DNA from: Thermodesulfobacteriota bacterium
GTDB taxonomy: Bacteria > Desulfobacterota_D > UBA1144 > Nemesobacterales > UBA2774
DNA length: 64,000 bases
Assembly: GCA_963422265.1 (NCBI GenBank)
Contig: OY729416.1
Location: 1 to 64,000 of the forward strand
Reading direction: 5' to 3'
Made by a program: the position numbers and the translations under genes. The notes beneath the pieces were generated by a model, which saw nothing but the letters and a program-made list of their open reading frames with translations, did not search any database and was not told the DNA's origin. Position 1 is the stretch's first letter. The number at the start of each line of letters is the position of its first letter. Shown piece by piece: positions 27,097 through 37,064 of the stretch.

Positions 27097-27825
27097 CTAA
27101 TTCTGATAGCAACTCTCTCTTGTATTCGTATCCTTATCTATCAAAACCATTTTGCGAGCATCAAGGGATAGTATCTCCGCTTCCCAGTTGTCTACTCCTT
27201 CCTTCCGAAAATCAACAGAGAGATTACAACTGTTTAGTGTATAGTCTCCACTCAAGTATCTGTCAGCAGAGGAGCCTTGAATGTATCCCGAAAAAGTTCT
27301 CTCGTCTCCATCCTGTTTCTTAGGATTATAAAAATAGAGTCCTAGAAATTTATTGTCTTTACATTCCCAATACCTAAAATAACTCCCGTGTAAGTCTTCC
27401 ACGTCTATGGGCCTACCATCACAGTCGCCGTAAGAGTGAGTAGGATATAAGGGAAGTTCATCGGGAATCTTATTACCTAGCCTAGTGTCACTAGGGCACG
27501 TTTTGGTGGGGCATGTAGGACATGGCTTTTCCGCCTCTGCCTTCCATTTTGCCACCTCCGCTCTTAGTCTAGCAATCTCATCGGCATTATGATCACTTGG
27601 TTCCACCACCTGAGTGGGCTTGTGAGTATTATTATCCTCGATGCCATCTGAACTACTCCTCCCACCTCCTCCACAACCACCGACAATCATAAAACTAACC
27701 AATACCAGTACTAACGCGCTTAATAAGCTAAATTTCAGGGGGGGCAAGGGGGTAGAAGAGACAGTTACTTTATGGTCAACAAAGCTATGTTTCATAGCAG
27801 TTTTCTCCTTAACAACAGGGTTCAC
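27097..27825 (-). CDS. Hypothetical lipoprotein, Cys-rich, with beta-rich C-terminal domain
   Basis: Hydrophobic stretch ending IVGG-C GGGG; short coiled coil; CPTCP motif; start uncertain. Confidence 0.65.
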   Translation of the reverse strand: MNPVVKEKTAMKHSFVDHKVTVSSTPLPPLKFSLLSALVLVLVSFMIVGGCGGGGRSSSDGIEDNNTHKPTQVVEPSDHNADEIARLRAEVAKWKAEAEKPCPTCPTKTCPSDTRLGNKIPDELPLYPTHSYGDCDGRPIDVEDLHGSYFRYWECKDNKFLGLYFYNPKKQDGDERTFSGYIQGSSADRYLSGDYTLNSCNLSVDFRKEGVDNWEAEILSLDARKMVLIDKDTNTRESCYQN

Positions 27826-27904
27826 CTAATATCAAGACTAAACGAAATTAACACACAATATGTCTGCGAGTCAAGAGTTGTTTTTGATAGTCCACAGAAC
27901 TTAA

Positions 27905-28210
27905 CGATGATTCCTGCTCTGGGGCGGGAATCCGTCCCCCGTTCCCCAATACTCTGTCAAATCCCCCTGTATCCCCCTTTGTCTAAAGGGGGAGAAAAAA
28001 TGAGTGTCCATGCAGGTCTAGCAAAGAGGGCAAAGTCTCTTGTCAAGCTCTGAGGTTAGTAAAGGATAATCCCCTCCTTTTGTAAAGGAGGGATAGGGTG
28101 GATTTTCTTTTTGTTTGTAGGGGCGACTCTTGTGGTCGCCCAAAGGTGTGAAGGCAAGGTAACCACAAGGGTTACCCCTACGAAAAGATGGAAGGGGTGG
28201 GAATGGTGGA
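27905..28210. repeat. Mosaic palindromic repeats including a GTAG...CTAC inverted REP doublet (28117-28181)
   Basis: GTAGGGGCGACTCTTGTGGTCGCCC ... GGTAACCACAAGGGTTACCCCTAC. Confidence 0.85.
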
Positions 28211-28226
28211 AGTAGGAGAAATCTAT

Positions 28227-29372
28227 TTAGACCTTTACTCTGAACCTTTTAGGGTACTTGGTAAGATTAACGCATCCATTATCTTCAACCAAGACTACGT
28301 CCTCAATCCGCACGCCGCCGAGCTTTTCATAGTAAAGTCCAGGCTCTACAGTTACCACGTTGCCCGTTTGGAGTGTCTCGTCCGTCGAGCCTAGTCTGGG
28401 AGGCTCATGGATTTCAAGACCTAGCCCATGGCCGGTCGAGTGTATGAATCCCTGCGCTCTTCCGTTGGCGTTTTCGGTTGTAAAGCCGTGGCTATCAAAA
28501 TAATCCATCACGGCGCCGTGTATGTCGCTTGCCTTAACACCGTCCTTAATCAGTCCGATAGCTAGTTTTTGCCCCCTAAGCACCGTATTATACATCTTTA
28601 TCAATTCCTTTGATGGCTCACCCCTGATAATGGTCCTAGTCATATCTCCAAAATATCCCGTGTCCTGCGATCTAGGGAATATATCAATAACTACTGGCTT
28701 GTCGGCGTAAATAACTCCCTTGCCGCTGTGGTGAGGCATAGAAGAATGTCCTCCGCACGAGACGATAGTATGAGAAGCGATAAACCCCGCTTTGGAAAGC
28801 TCGGCGCTTATTTCACCCTTTACCATTTCAGACGTTAGCGCCTGACCATTGACGTATAGCTTGTTCTTTTTTATTTGAGATGAGGCAATTAGCCTTATGG
28901 CAACGTCCATAGACCTTGCGGTTTTACGTAGGGCGTCCTTTATAAAGCTGACTTCCTCGTCGTTTTTCTTTAGTCTTTCCTGAAAAAGCGGCTCTTTGCT
29001 CTTAGGCGTGATTGTGTAACCTAGTTTTCTAAGTTCGTCGGCGTATTTTATAGGGAAACTGCCCGGGACGATCGCTTTCTTTATCTCCCTTTCGCTAAGC
29101 GCTAAGTCCACTACATCAACCAAACCGAGGCGTTTACGTCCTTTAGATACGAGCCTTTTATAATAATCGGTTAGTGAAAGCACAGTGTCAACGGAGGCTT
29201 CACTCTTACCCCTATCCAGCTCAAGGTCGCTTAAGATAAGTATCTTCTCCCCATTATGTTCTATGTATATGATGGGGTCGGGCGCAAAAAACTTCGTTCT
29301 ATAGTAAAGATCGGCGCTGTTTTCACTCGTGTCAATTATCAGAAGGGTTTCCGTTTTCATTTTTCTTACCAT
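28227..29372 (-). CDS. Xaa-Pro aminopeptidase (M24 family)
   Basis: GYFGDMTRT, HSTGHGLGLEIHE, VVTVEPGLY and GGVRIEDVV. Confidence 0.93.
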   Translation of the reverse strand: MVRKMKTETLLIIDTSENSADLYYRTKFFAPDPIIYIEHNGEKILILSDLELDRGKSEASVDTVLSLTDYYKRLVSKGRKRLGLVDVVDLALSEREIKKAIVPGSFPIKYADELRKLGYTITPKSKEPLFQERLKKNDEEVSFIKDALRKTARSMDVAIRLIASSQIKKNKLYVNGQALTSEMVKGEISAELSKAGFIASHTIVSCGGHSSMPHHSGKGVIYADKPVVIDIFPRSQDTGYFGDMTRTIIRGEPSKELIKMYNTVLRGQKLAIGLIKDGVKASDIHGAVMDYFDSHGFTTENANGRAQGFIHSTGHGLGLEIHEPPRLGSTDETLQTGNVVTVEPGLYYEKLGGVRIEDVVLVEDNGCVNLTKYPKRFRVKV

Positions 29373-29477
29373 CTTTTTTGAGTCTTACTGTGCACTTGTC
29401 GGACGCCGTGCCTAGAACACTATACATAAAAGTAGATTGAAGTATCAAGGGGTGGTGGGATGGTGGATCTTTTTACT

Positions 29478-30130
29478 TGTAGGGGCGCGACCCTAGCGAT
29501 GTCCTGAGCCTGTTGAAGGGTGGTCGCCTTAAGGCGTGGTGGAGATGGGTAACCACAAGGGTTACCCCTACGAAAAGATGGGAGGGGTGGGAATGACGAG
29601 GGTATGTGTGAGTATAAGGGATGATTGATCTTCCCTGATGTTCTATCAAATCCCCCTTAATCCCCCTTTAGTAAAGGGGGAAAAGTGTGGGATATTCCCC
29701 TCCTGTTTATAAAGGAGGGATAGGTGGTTACTTTTTGTTTGTAGAGGTGGCTATTGTGGTCGCCCTGAGGTGTGGTGGAGATGTGTAACCACAAGAGTTA
29801 CCCCTACGAAAAGATGGTAGGGGTGAGAATGACGAGGGTATGTGTGAGTATAAGTGATGATTGATCTTCCCTGATGTTCTATCAAATCCCCCTTAATCCC
29901 TTAGAAAAGGGGGAATGTGTGAGGAAGGGGTTACCCCTACGAAAAGATGGGAGGGGTTACGAGGGTATGTGTGAGTATAAGTGATGATTGATCTTCCCTG
30001 ATGTTCTATCAAATCCCCCTTAATCCCCCTTTAGAAAAGGGGGAATGTGTGAGGAAGGGGTTACCCCTACGAAAAGATGGGAGGGGTGGATACGAAGGAA
30101 CTGGATTCCCAATCAAGTTGGGAATGACGG
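29478..30130. repeat. Mosaic palindromic repeat block
   Basis: Multiple copies of GGTTACCCCTACGAAAAGATGG and TTCCCTGATGTTCTATCAAATCCCCC modules. Confidence 0.93.
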
Positions 30131-30235
30131 GGGAGTTGACCTGCCCGCAGTTTTCAGGTTCAATGGGGTTTATGCTGGACATGCTCGCGCTCGTTGTGAG
30201 ATTGGTTACAGAGTAAAAAGAGGAGGAGCTTGGTT

Positions 30236-31075
30236 ATGGGTAGTCAGAGGATTATCTTCAGTATAGAGGGTCCCAAGGAAAATAATAGTCACTTGGAATT
30301 ATCAGTTTTTACAGAGAAAATCGGACATTTTCTCGCTCTGTTGAATGAAAATGCAAGAGAAAGCAGTGAAGAAGGGGTTGAGTTTCACATTACTCACCTC
30401 TCCCATTCCAGCCCCGCGACAATAGAATGCGAGACAGTAACAAGGGAAATAGGGGATGCAGGTGCAAAAGAATGTATTGACACTAGCGCCTTTGAAACAC
30501 TTGATAAAAATCTTAATTATATAAAAGAGGGGAACACCAACAAGCTTTCTCCCCCTGTTTTATCCACTATGGAGAGACTATCAAAATTCAACCCTACAAA
30601 AGTCGCGCGAGCTGAGTTACAACTTGTTAGAGGTGATGGAAGGGGTAAAACTGTTTATAGATTAGATGATAGATTCAAGGAGCAATTAAGCAATGCCCTA
30701 TATAAGGAGGAAAGAGTTATTAGCACGATTGATGGGAAACTTGAGCAAATTAATATCCATAATAGAGCAAATACGTTCAGAATTTACCCTTCCTTACCAC
30801 CTGCCTCTCGCATCAGTTGCGAATTTCCGCAGGAGTTATTAGAGAAAGTGCAAAGTTCTTTAGGATATTTTGTTTCTGTTTCTGGTGAATGTCTTTATCA
30901 TCCTGATGCGGTGTTTCCTTACAAAATAATAGTTCAGGAAATGGCGGTATTGCCTCCGACTGAAGAACTTCCACATATGAAAGACCTTTTTGGTCTTGCC
31001 TCTGGTTGCACTAATGGCAAGAGTTCTGAGCAGTTTATAAGGGAGATGCGCGATAAGTGGAGCAGGGACGCTTAG
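30236..31075 (+). CDS. Hypothetical protein, putative partner/antitoxin of the PIN protein
   Basis: GAGGAGG SD; ends with TNGKSSEQFIREMRDKW, a tail typical of genes coupled to PIN toxins; overlaps the next start. Confidence 0.65.
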   Translation: MGSQRIIFSIEGPKENNSHLELSVFTEKIGHFLALLNENARESSEEGVEFHITHLSHSSPATIECETVTREIGDAGAKECIDTSAFETLDKNLNYIKEGNTNKLSPPVLSTMERLSKFNPTKVARAELQLVRGDGRGKTVYRLDDRFKEQLSNALYKEERVISTIDGKLEQINIHNRANTFRIYPSLPPASRISCEFPQELLEKVQSSLGYFVSVSGECLYHPDAVFPYKIIVQEMAVLPPTEELPHMKDLFGLASGCTNGKSSEQFIREMRDKWSRDA

Positions 31076-31548
31076 TGAAAAAAGGATTAATCTACTGGGA
31101 CTCATCGGTTTTAATTAGTTATATTAGAGGAGACGAAGAAGAGAACAGGAATCGGGATATGAATTCCGTTGTGGAGATCATTGAAAAGGGGTTCTACAAA
31201 TTGGTAGTTTCTACCTTGCTATACGTGGAAATTCTTGAGAGCAAAATGCCAGGGGACTCTATTAAACGGTTTGAAAAATTTATGCAAAACAGAGAAAAGA
31301 TAGAGGTGGTTGCAGTTGATATTCGCGTTGCCAAGAAAGCACAGGTAATACGCAATAGCACAAAGATAAAAACGCCTGACGCTATTCACTTAGCTACGGC
31401 AATTGTCAGCGGAGCGAAGCTATTTCATACCTTTGATAAAGAACTGCTTCAGCTAAGTGGTAAGGGTGTTGTGGAAAGTATTCCCATAACGGCTTGCTAC
31501 ATATCTGGAATAAATCGTGACCTCTTTAACCACTCTAATAATCCATAA
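31075..31548 (+). CDS. PIN-domain (VapC-like) ribonuclease
   Basis: YWDSSVLI, STLLYVE, KTPDAIHLATA and FHTFD motifs; GTG 31075 overlaps the upstream stop. Confidence 0.88.
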   Translation: MKKGLIYWDSSVLISYIRGDEEENRNRDMNSVVEIIEKGFYKLVVSTLLYVEILESKMPGDSIKRFEKFMQNREKIEVVAVDIRVAKKAQVIRNSTKIKTPDAIHLATAIVSGAKLFHTFDKELLQLSGKGVVESIPITACYISGINRDLFNHSNNP

Positions 31549-31624
31549 ACAAAAAAGACCTGAGTTTTTTCAAGTTCAAGGCTCTTTATGAAATCTCGCT
31601 GGGTTAGCTATGAGGTAGATAAGG

Positions 31625-32572
31625 TGAGGGTAACCACAAGGATTACCCCTACGAAAAGATGGGAGGGGTGGGAATGACGAGGGTATGTGTGAGTATAAGG
31701 GATGATTGATCTTCCCTTATGCTCTATCAAATCCCCCTTAATCCCCCTTTAGTAAAGGGGGAAAAGATAAGATTTTTCGGTTGTATTTTTCCCTTAGGTA
31801 GGTTCAGGGATTAGGCTTTTGTAAAGGAGGGATAGGGTGGATTTTTTTTTGTTTGTAGAAGGGAGGTGTGGTGGAATTAACCCCTTTTGTAAAGGAGGGA
31901 TAGGGTGGATTTTCTTTTTGTTTGTAGGGGTGGCTATTGTGGTTGCCCTGAGGTGTGGTGGAGATGGATAACCACAAGGGTTATCCCTACGAAAAGATGG
32001 GAGGGGTGGGAATGACGAGGGTATGTGTGAGTATAAGGGATGATTGATCTTCCCTGATGTTCTATAAAATCCCCTTGTATCCCCCTTTTCTAAAGGGGGA
32101 AAAGACAAGATTTCTCGGTTGTATTTTTCCCTTAGGTAGGTTCAGGGATTAGGCAAGGGAATTCCCCTCCTTTTGTAAAGGAGGGATAGTGTGGATTTTC
32201 TTTTTGTTTGTAGGGGTGGCTATTGTGGTCGCCCTGAGGTGTGGTGGAGATGTGATAACCACAAGAGTTACCCCTACGAAAAGATGGGAGGGGTGGGAAT
32301 GACGAGGGTATATGTGAGTATAAGGGATGGTTGATCTTCCCTGATGCTCTATCAAATCCCCCTTAATCCCCCTTTTCTAAAGGGGGAAAAGATAAGATTT
32401 TTCGGTTGTATTTTTCCCTTAGGTAGGTTCAGGGATTAGGCAAGGATATTCCCCTCCTTTTATAAAGGAGGGATAGTGTGGATTTACTTTTTGTTTGTAG
32501 AGGTGGCTATTGTGGTCGCCCTGAGGTGTGGTGGAGATGGATAACCACAAGGGTTACCCCTACGAAAAGATG
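31625..32572. repeat. Tandem mosaic repeat block (about 3 units of roughly 285-340 bp)
   Basis: AACCACAAG...CCCTACGAAAAGATG recurs near 31630, 31970, 32256 and 32540. Confidence 0.93.
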
Positions 32573-32606
32573 AGGTAGGGGTAGGTTACCATGAGCGTTC
32601 CCAACT

Positions 32607-33605
32607 TTACATCAAATAGCTTTGGAGCAATAAAGCTAGTCCTAGGAAAGTAAATATGCTTACTACTTGGGTTATGGTGGTTACGATTATGGCGGAGGAC
32701 AGAGCTGGATCCATGCCCAAGCTCTTCATAATTATCGGGATCAGGGCGCCCGTTGGTCCTGCCGTTATCAGCGTTATAGTCATAGCGCAGCCTATAACCA
32801 ACCCAAGGTAAGGATTCCCCTGCCATAGCCAAGAGGCGGCTCCAATTACTATGCCCAGTATAACCCCGCTTATAAGCGCTAGCTTGGTTTCTTTAAGTAT
32901 TAGCTTAAAAGCGTTTTCCTTTGAGACTTCTCTCATCGTCAGACCCCTCATAGTTACGGCGAGAGATTGAGACGCCGAGTTGGCGGCTTGGTCAGTAATC
33001 ACTGGTATAAATATCGCAAGCGCCGTTATTTTAGCGATTAAACCCTCAAACATAGAGACGACTATTCCTGCAAGGAAAGCGGCAAGCAGATTTACGTGTA
33101 GCCACGGAAGTCGTTTGCTAAGAGAGAACTTTACGGAGGAGAATGCCCTTTCAGAAGCGCCTACGCCAAACATCTTTTGAATACCTTCAGAGACCCTTTT
33201 AGTCTCTTCGTCCATCAACTGATGCGTAGTTATTATTCCCAACAGGTGATTCTCATCGTCAACGACGGGTGCGGCGAAGTATCCCGTGTTTGACAATTGC
33301 TCTGCTACCCGATTCCTATCGGCAAACGCGTTTATTGAAAAGACGTTTTTAATCATTATTTCGTTCAGCGTTGCTTCAGGGTCAGCCAGAATCAGGTCTC
33401 TCATATTTAACACGCCTACTAGGTGATTTTCTGAGTCAATTACATAGACGTATGAAGTGGGATTCTGGGCGTGGGTAATCCACCTGAGCTTTTCAATGGT
33501 TTCCATAACCCTGAGCTCTTTGTGAAAGCAAATCGCGTTAGGGCTCATTATCCCGCCGGCACTTCCCTCGGGATAAGCGGTAGTTTTATTTGGTTCTTCC
33601 GTCAT
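32607..33605 (-). CDS. MgtE-family transporter (CBS pair plus TM domain, no N domain)
   Basis: SAGGIM, YVYVID CBS motifs, KRLPWL and DPALSSA; atypical TM5 (see findings). Confidence 0.85.
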   Translation of the reverse strand: MTEEPNKTTAYPEGSAGGIMSPNAICFHKELRVMETIEKLRWITHAQNPTSYVYVIDSENHLVGVLNMRDLILADPEATLNEIMIKNVFSINAFADRNRVAEQLSNTGYFAAPVVDDENHLLGIITTHQLMDEETKRVSEGIQKMFGVGASERAFSSVKFSLSKRLPWLHVNLLAAFLAGIVVSMFEGLIAKITALAIFIPVITDQAANSASQSLAVTMRGLTMREVSKENAFKLILKETKLALISGVILGIVIGAASWLWQGNPYLGLVIGCAMTITLITAGPTGALIPIIMKSLGMDPALSSAIIVTTITQVVSIFTFLGLALLLQSYLM

Positions 33606-33718
33606 GTCGTAGGGTTGGCTCTTCCTCTCTGCTCCGCCATAGCGTTTGTAGGCGTTTGGCTAGGGACGGACGGCTGCGCTAGGACATGCTAGCGCGACCG
33701 TTGCTAAACTAATGACAA

Positions 33719-33793
33719 TGGCTGGGCCGGGAGGGCTCGAACCTCCACAGCAGGCTCCAAAGGCCTGAGTCCTACCAATTAGACGACGGCCCA
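33719..33793 (-). tRNA. tRNA-Gln (UUG)
   Basis: Reverse complement TGGGCCGTCGTCTAATTGGTAGGAC...CAGGC CTTTGGA GCCTG...GGTTCGAGCCC...CCCAGCCA; 75 nt with encoded CCA. Confidence 0.95.
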
Positions 33794-34055
33794 ACGTTTT
33801 AAGGCAATGTCTAGTTGTTGGTTAGCTAATAACTCATGTACGAAAGCATCCGCGGGAACATAGAAATAACAATGCCATGATGTTACCAAGATTTTGTTTG
33901 CTAAGCAAGAGCCGTTCCTTCCATGTCTTTGGTAGCTTCCCATGTCTTTGGCAGCTTCAATGGACAGGGGGGGTAGAGTTAAACCCCATGCGATGCCAAT
34001 CTGAGCGACGCCAATCTGACGCCGAGCAAGGAAAGGGGGAAAAAGAATGAAGCGT

Positions 34056-35030
34056 CTAGCCTATAAGGAGGTTGCCGTCTTTCATTATTAGGCGATCGTC
34101 AACCGTTACCGTGGGCGACGTTACGACCCCATCTAGGTGGCTTGCGACCCTTACTGTCCCGCCCATGCTTTTGTTATCTCCGAACGCAACGTGGATAGTT
34201 CCTATAGCCTTCTCATCTTCAAGAACGTTTCCCGTTATAATGGCTTTGTCGTGGGTTCCTATGCCGAGCTCCGCAAGGTTAAAGGCGAGTTTGCCAAAGG
34301 GCTGCATTATGGAGTAGAGCTTTTGCGCTCCTTTGCCCCCCGTAATGTCGGTGGCGTATCCATCCTCGACCTTTACCCTTATTACCTCATCCTCGAGCTT
34401 GCCTACGCCAGCCATTGATCCATCGAATACAACGACCCCGTTTGATGCGCCCTCAATAGGTGCCAAGTAAGCCTCTCCCGCGGGGAGATTGCTAAAGTCG
34501 CCCGGGTTGTGGTTCAGCCCCGTGTCAGGAAGTCCATCCCTTCCTTCTATCGTTATATCTAGGTCTGTCCCGCTTTTGGTTGTGATTTTGACCTTTGAGC
34601 CTTTGGTTATGATTTCCGCTATCCTGACGCTTCTTTCAGCTATCAGCTCGTAGTCGGCGTTTAACGTCCTTATCATCACGTCGCGCGTAATGCCCGGAAG
34701 GGTAGCAATTCTTACGCCAATTCTGCTCGCCTCTCTACGTGAATCGGTATGGCTCAACGATTTTGAAGTCGGGATTAGGATTACGTCAACCGATTTCATT
34801 AAGTCCGCTATAGGTTTTGGGGGCTCTTCTCCGTGTGATTCTCTGGGGATTATTTCGGCTACAATCGCTTCAGCTCCCAACTCTTTAGCCGCTTGCCATA
34901 GGGCATAACCGATTTCCCTTGCGGGTTCGTCAGTTATTACGAGCGTCTTCTCTCCCCTTTTTACCGCCATGCAGTCTCGGACGGCGATCAGCGCCGAGTT
35001 TCTAAACTCGTCCATATTGTAAGCCTCCAA
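34056..35030 (-). CDS. Aminopeptidase (M29 / thermophilic metalloprotease family)
   Basis: NLPAGEAY, AELGIG, LEDEK, HVAFGDN and HLDGV. Confidence 0.9.
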   Translation of the reverse strand: MEAYNMDEFRNSALIAVRDCMAVKRGEKTLVITDEPAREIGYALWQAAKELGAEAIVAEIIPRESHGEEPPKPIADLMKSVDVILIPTSKSLSHTDSRREASRIGVRIATLPGITRDVMIRTLNADYELIAERSVRIAEIITKGSKVKITTKSGTDLDITIEGRDGLPDTGLNHNPGDFSNLPAGEAYLAPIEGASNGVVVFDGSMAGVGKLEDEVIRVKVEDGYATDITGGKGAQKLYSIMQPFGKLAFNLAELGIGTHDKAIITGNVLEDEKAIGTIHVAFGDNKSMGGTVRVASHLDGVVTSPTVTVDDRLIMKDGNLLIG

Positions 35031-35086
35031 TAGATAAAATCGTATTTCTTAAAGGCTGGATTTCTTGGCTTGGCGTAATCAATCCC

Positions 35087-36064
35087 TTATTCTATCAAGT
35101 CTAATTCTTTTACGCGTCTCACCCTTTCAGCCCTAATTTCTTTTCTTGCCTGCGCTTTCTTCCACAGTCTAATCTCTTCCGGGGTCTCAGGATTAAATTC
35201 AGGCACGGGCTTGGGTCTTCCATCATTTCCCACGTGAACGAAGCTTAGGAAGGCGGTGCACGTGTGTTTCTGCTCGCCAGTCATAACGTTCTCTGACAGC
35301 ACCTTGATTCCTACCTCGAGCGAAGTGCGTCCTACGTATGTAATTCCTGCCTTGAATATGATAATGTCTCCTACTTTAATGGGGGAATAAAAGTAAAGAT
35401 TGTCAAGGGAGCCTGTAACCATTATCCCTTTTACGAACCTCATGGCTAATATAGCGGCTGTCTCATCTATATCTAGCATAAGCTTGCCCACAGACATAAA
35501 ATTTCCATAAAAGCTGTCCTCGGGCATCACAACCTTAGTGGTTTCAAGTCGCTTTCGGACTATTTCAGTTTCATCGATTGTGCTCCTTGCCTGCTCATTC
35601 CTCTTGCTTATTTCAGGCAACCTGCTTTCCCTTCTCTTTTGCGCCTGAGCGTAAATAGACGCCTCGTCCCCGTCAAAAGGGGTTATATTCTCGGTGATGT
35701 TTCTTGTGTCTCCGTCTTTGTTCACAGCGACGAACGCCATGTGAGAATAGGTCGCCAGCTTTCTTTCACCTGTCTCAGGGTTTTCTGAATAGGCGGTTAC
35801 GCCTATCTCCATGGAGCTTGAGCCTATGTATTCTATCCAACCATCTAGCGTGACGATTTCTCCCACCTTGACGGGATTTAGAAAATCAATGCTGTCGGTA
35901 GCACCCAAAACGGTGATGCCTTTGGCGGTTCGTGAGGAGTTGATGCTGCCCGCTAGCATAATCCAGTCCATCAACCTGCCTCCGTGGAGCGTCCCGTGCG
36001 TGTTAGCGTGTTCAGGAAAAACGAATTGAACCATCCTATTCCTGGTTTCTTTTATCGACGGCAT
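35087..36064 (-). CDS. Acyl-CoA thioesterase, double hotdog fold
   Basis: VFPEHAN.HGTLHGG in the first domain and a duplicated second domain (VGRTSLEVG). Confidence 0.9.
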   Translation of the reverse strand: MPSIKETRNRMVQFVFPEHANTHGTLHGGRLMDWIMLAGSINSSRTAKGITVLGATDSIDFLNPVKVGEIVTLDGWIEYIGSSSMEIGVTAYSENPETGERKLATYSHMAFVAVNKDGDTRNITENITPFDGDEASIYAQAQKRRESRLPEISKRNEQARSTIDETEIVRKRLETTKVVMPEDSFYGNFMSVGKLMLDIDETAAILAMRFVKGIMVTGSLDNLYFYSPIKVGDIIIFKAGITYVGRTSLEVGIKVLSENVMTGEQKHTCTAFLSFVHVGNDGRPKPVPEFNPETPEEIRLWKKAQARKEIRAERVRRVKELDLIE

Positions 36065-36172
36065 ACTATTTCTCGTAAGGGTTAATAATACTAAGAGTCA
36101 ATACTATCAGTGATAATTTACACTAGAGATTGAATAAAGGATACAGATTAAGCTGTAGATAGATAATCAAAG

Positions 36173-36727
36173 TCAAATGAGAGACAATAAATCGCCTATG
36201 TCAAATACGCGGTAGAACTGGATGCCCATCCCACGAAGCCTTGTTTCCGCCCCCTCTTTTCTATCTACTATGGCAAGCAGTTTCTCAACCTGAGCGCCGC
36301 GGTCTCGCACGGCTTCGATGGCTTTGATAACTGATCCCCCAGTTGTTACAACGTCTTCCACTATTGCGACCTTATCCCCGCGTTGCAAGTCGCCCTCTAT
36401 CAGCCTTCCCGTTCCGTGCCCCTTTTCACTCTTGCGGACTAAAAACCCCTTCATTGGATAGTCCTGCTCGTAGCTTGTGGAGAGGACGGCACCCACTATG
36501 GGGTCAGCTCCTATCGTAGGTCCACCCACGGCATTAATAGAAGAATCTTTTTTGATTTCCTCAAGGAATACCTTGCCTATTAGATTAACCCCTTCGGAGT
36601 CGAGAGTCGTGAGTCTAGCATCTATGTAATAATCACTTCTCTCACCAGAAGCTAGGGTAAAGTTGCCCCTTAGGATAGATTTCTCCTGCAAAATCTTCTT
36701 TAGCCTTTCTCTGTAGCTTAGAGACAT
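36173..36727 (-). CDS. pyrE: Orotate phosphoribosyltransferase
   Basis: FTLASG, YYIDAR, VRKSEKGHG and VEDVVTTGGS. Confidence 0.95.
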   Translation of the reverse strand: MSLSYRERLKKILQEKSILRGNFTLASGERSDYYIDARLTTLDSEGVNLIGKVFLEEIKKDSSINAVGGPTIGADPIVGAVLSTSYEQDYPMKGFLVRKSEKGHGTGRLIEGDLQRGDKVAIVEDVVTTGGSVIKAIEAVRDRGAQVEKLLAIVDRKEGAETRLRGMGIQFYRVFDIGDLLSLI

Positions 36728-37064
36728 TATGGGGGGAGAATTTACCCTCGCCTGCGCGTCGCTGTCAATAAAGTTCCTTGCCTCCGCTCACTGGTATTTG
36801 ATGCAGCAGTATGATGATATTTGTTCGGAGCAGGCAAGTTCATAATGGCGGTTATACGACTTCTTAACTCTATTTCCTATATGCAAATGAGGTGCGTAGA
36901 GGACGCGACGATATATCTCCACATATATTTTCTAAGTGGGGATTCGGGAGCATGCCTGACACGTGGACAAGCGTATGATACTATTCCCCCTAGTATTCTC
37001 CTTCATATTTGGATGTTTTATCGCTTCCCGTTAATTGCCTAGAAATGACTAGAAAAACCCGGAA

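Noticed and set aside
29478-32572. Integron cassette array (repeats as attC sites)
   Set aside because: No integron integrase or clear RYYYAAC/GTTRRRY box architecture; the repeats also lie between housekeeping and phage genes
33719-33793. tRNA-Gln (or the CAT tRNA) as prophage attachment site
   Set aside because: No duplicated tRNA 3' end seen near the phage cluster, no integrase, and housekeeping genes intervene
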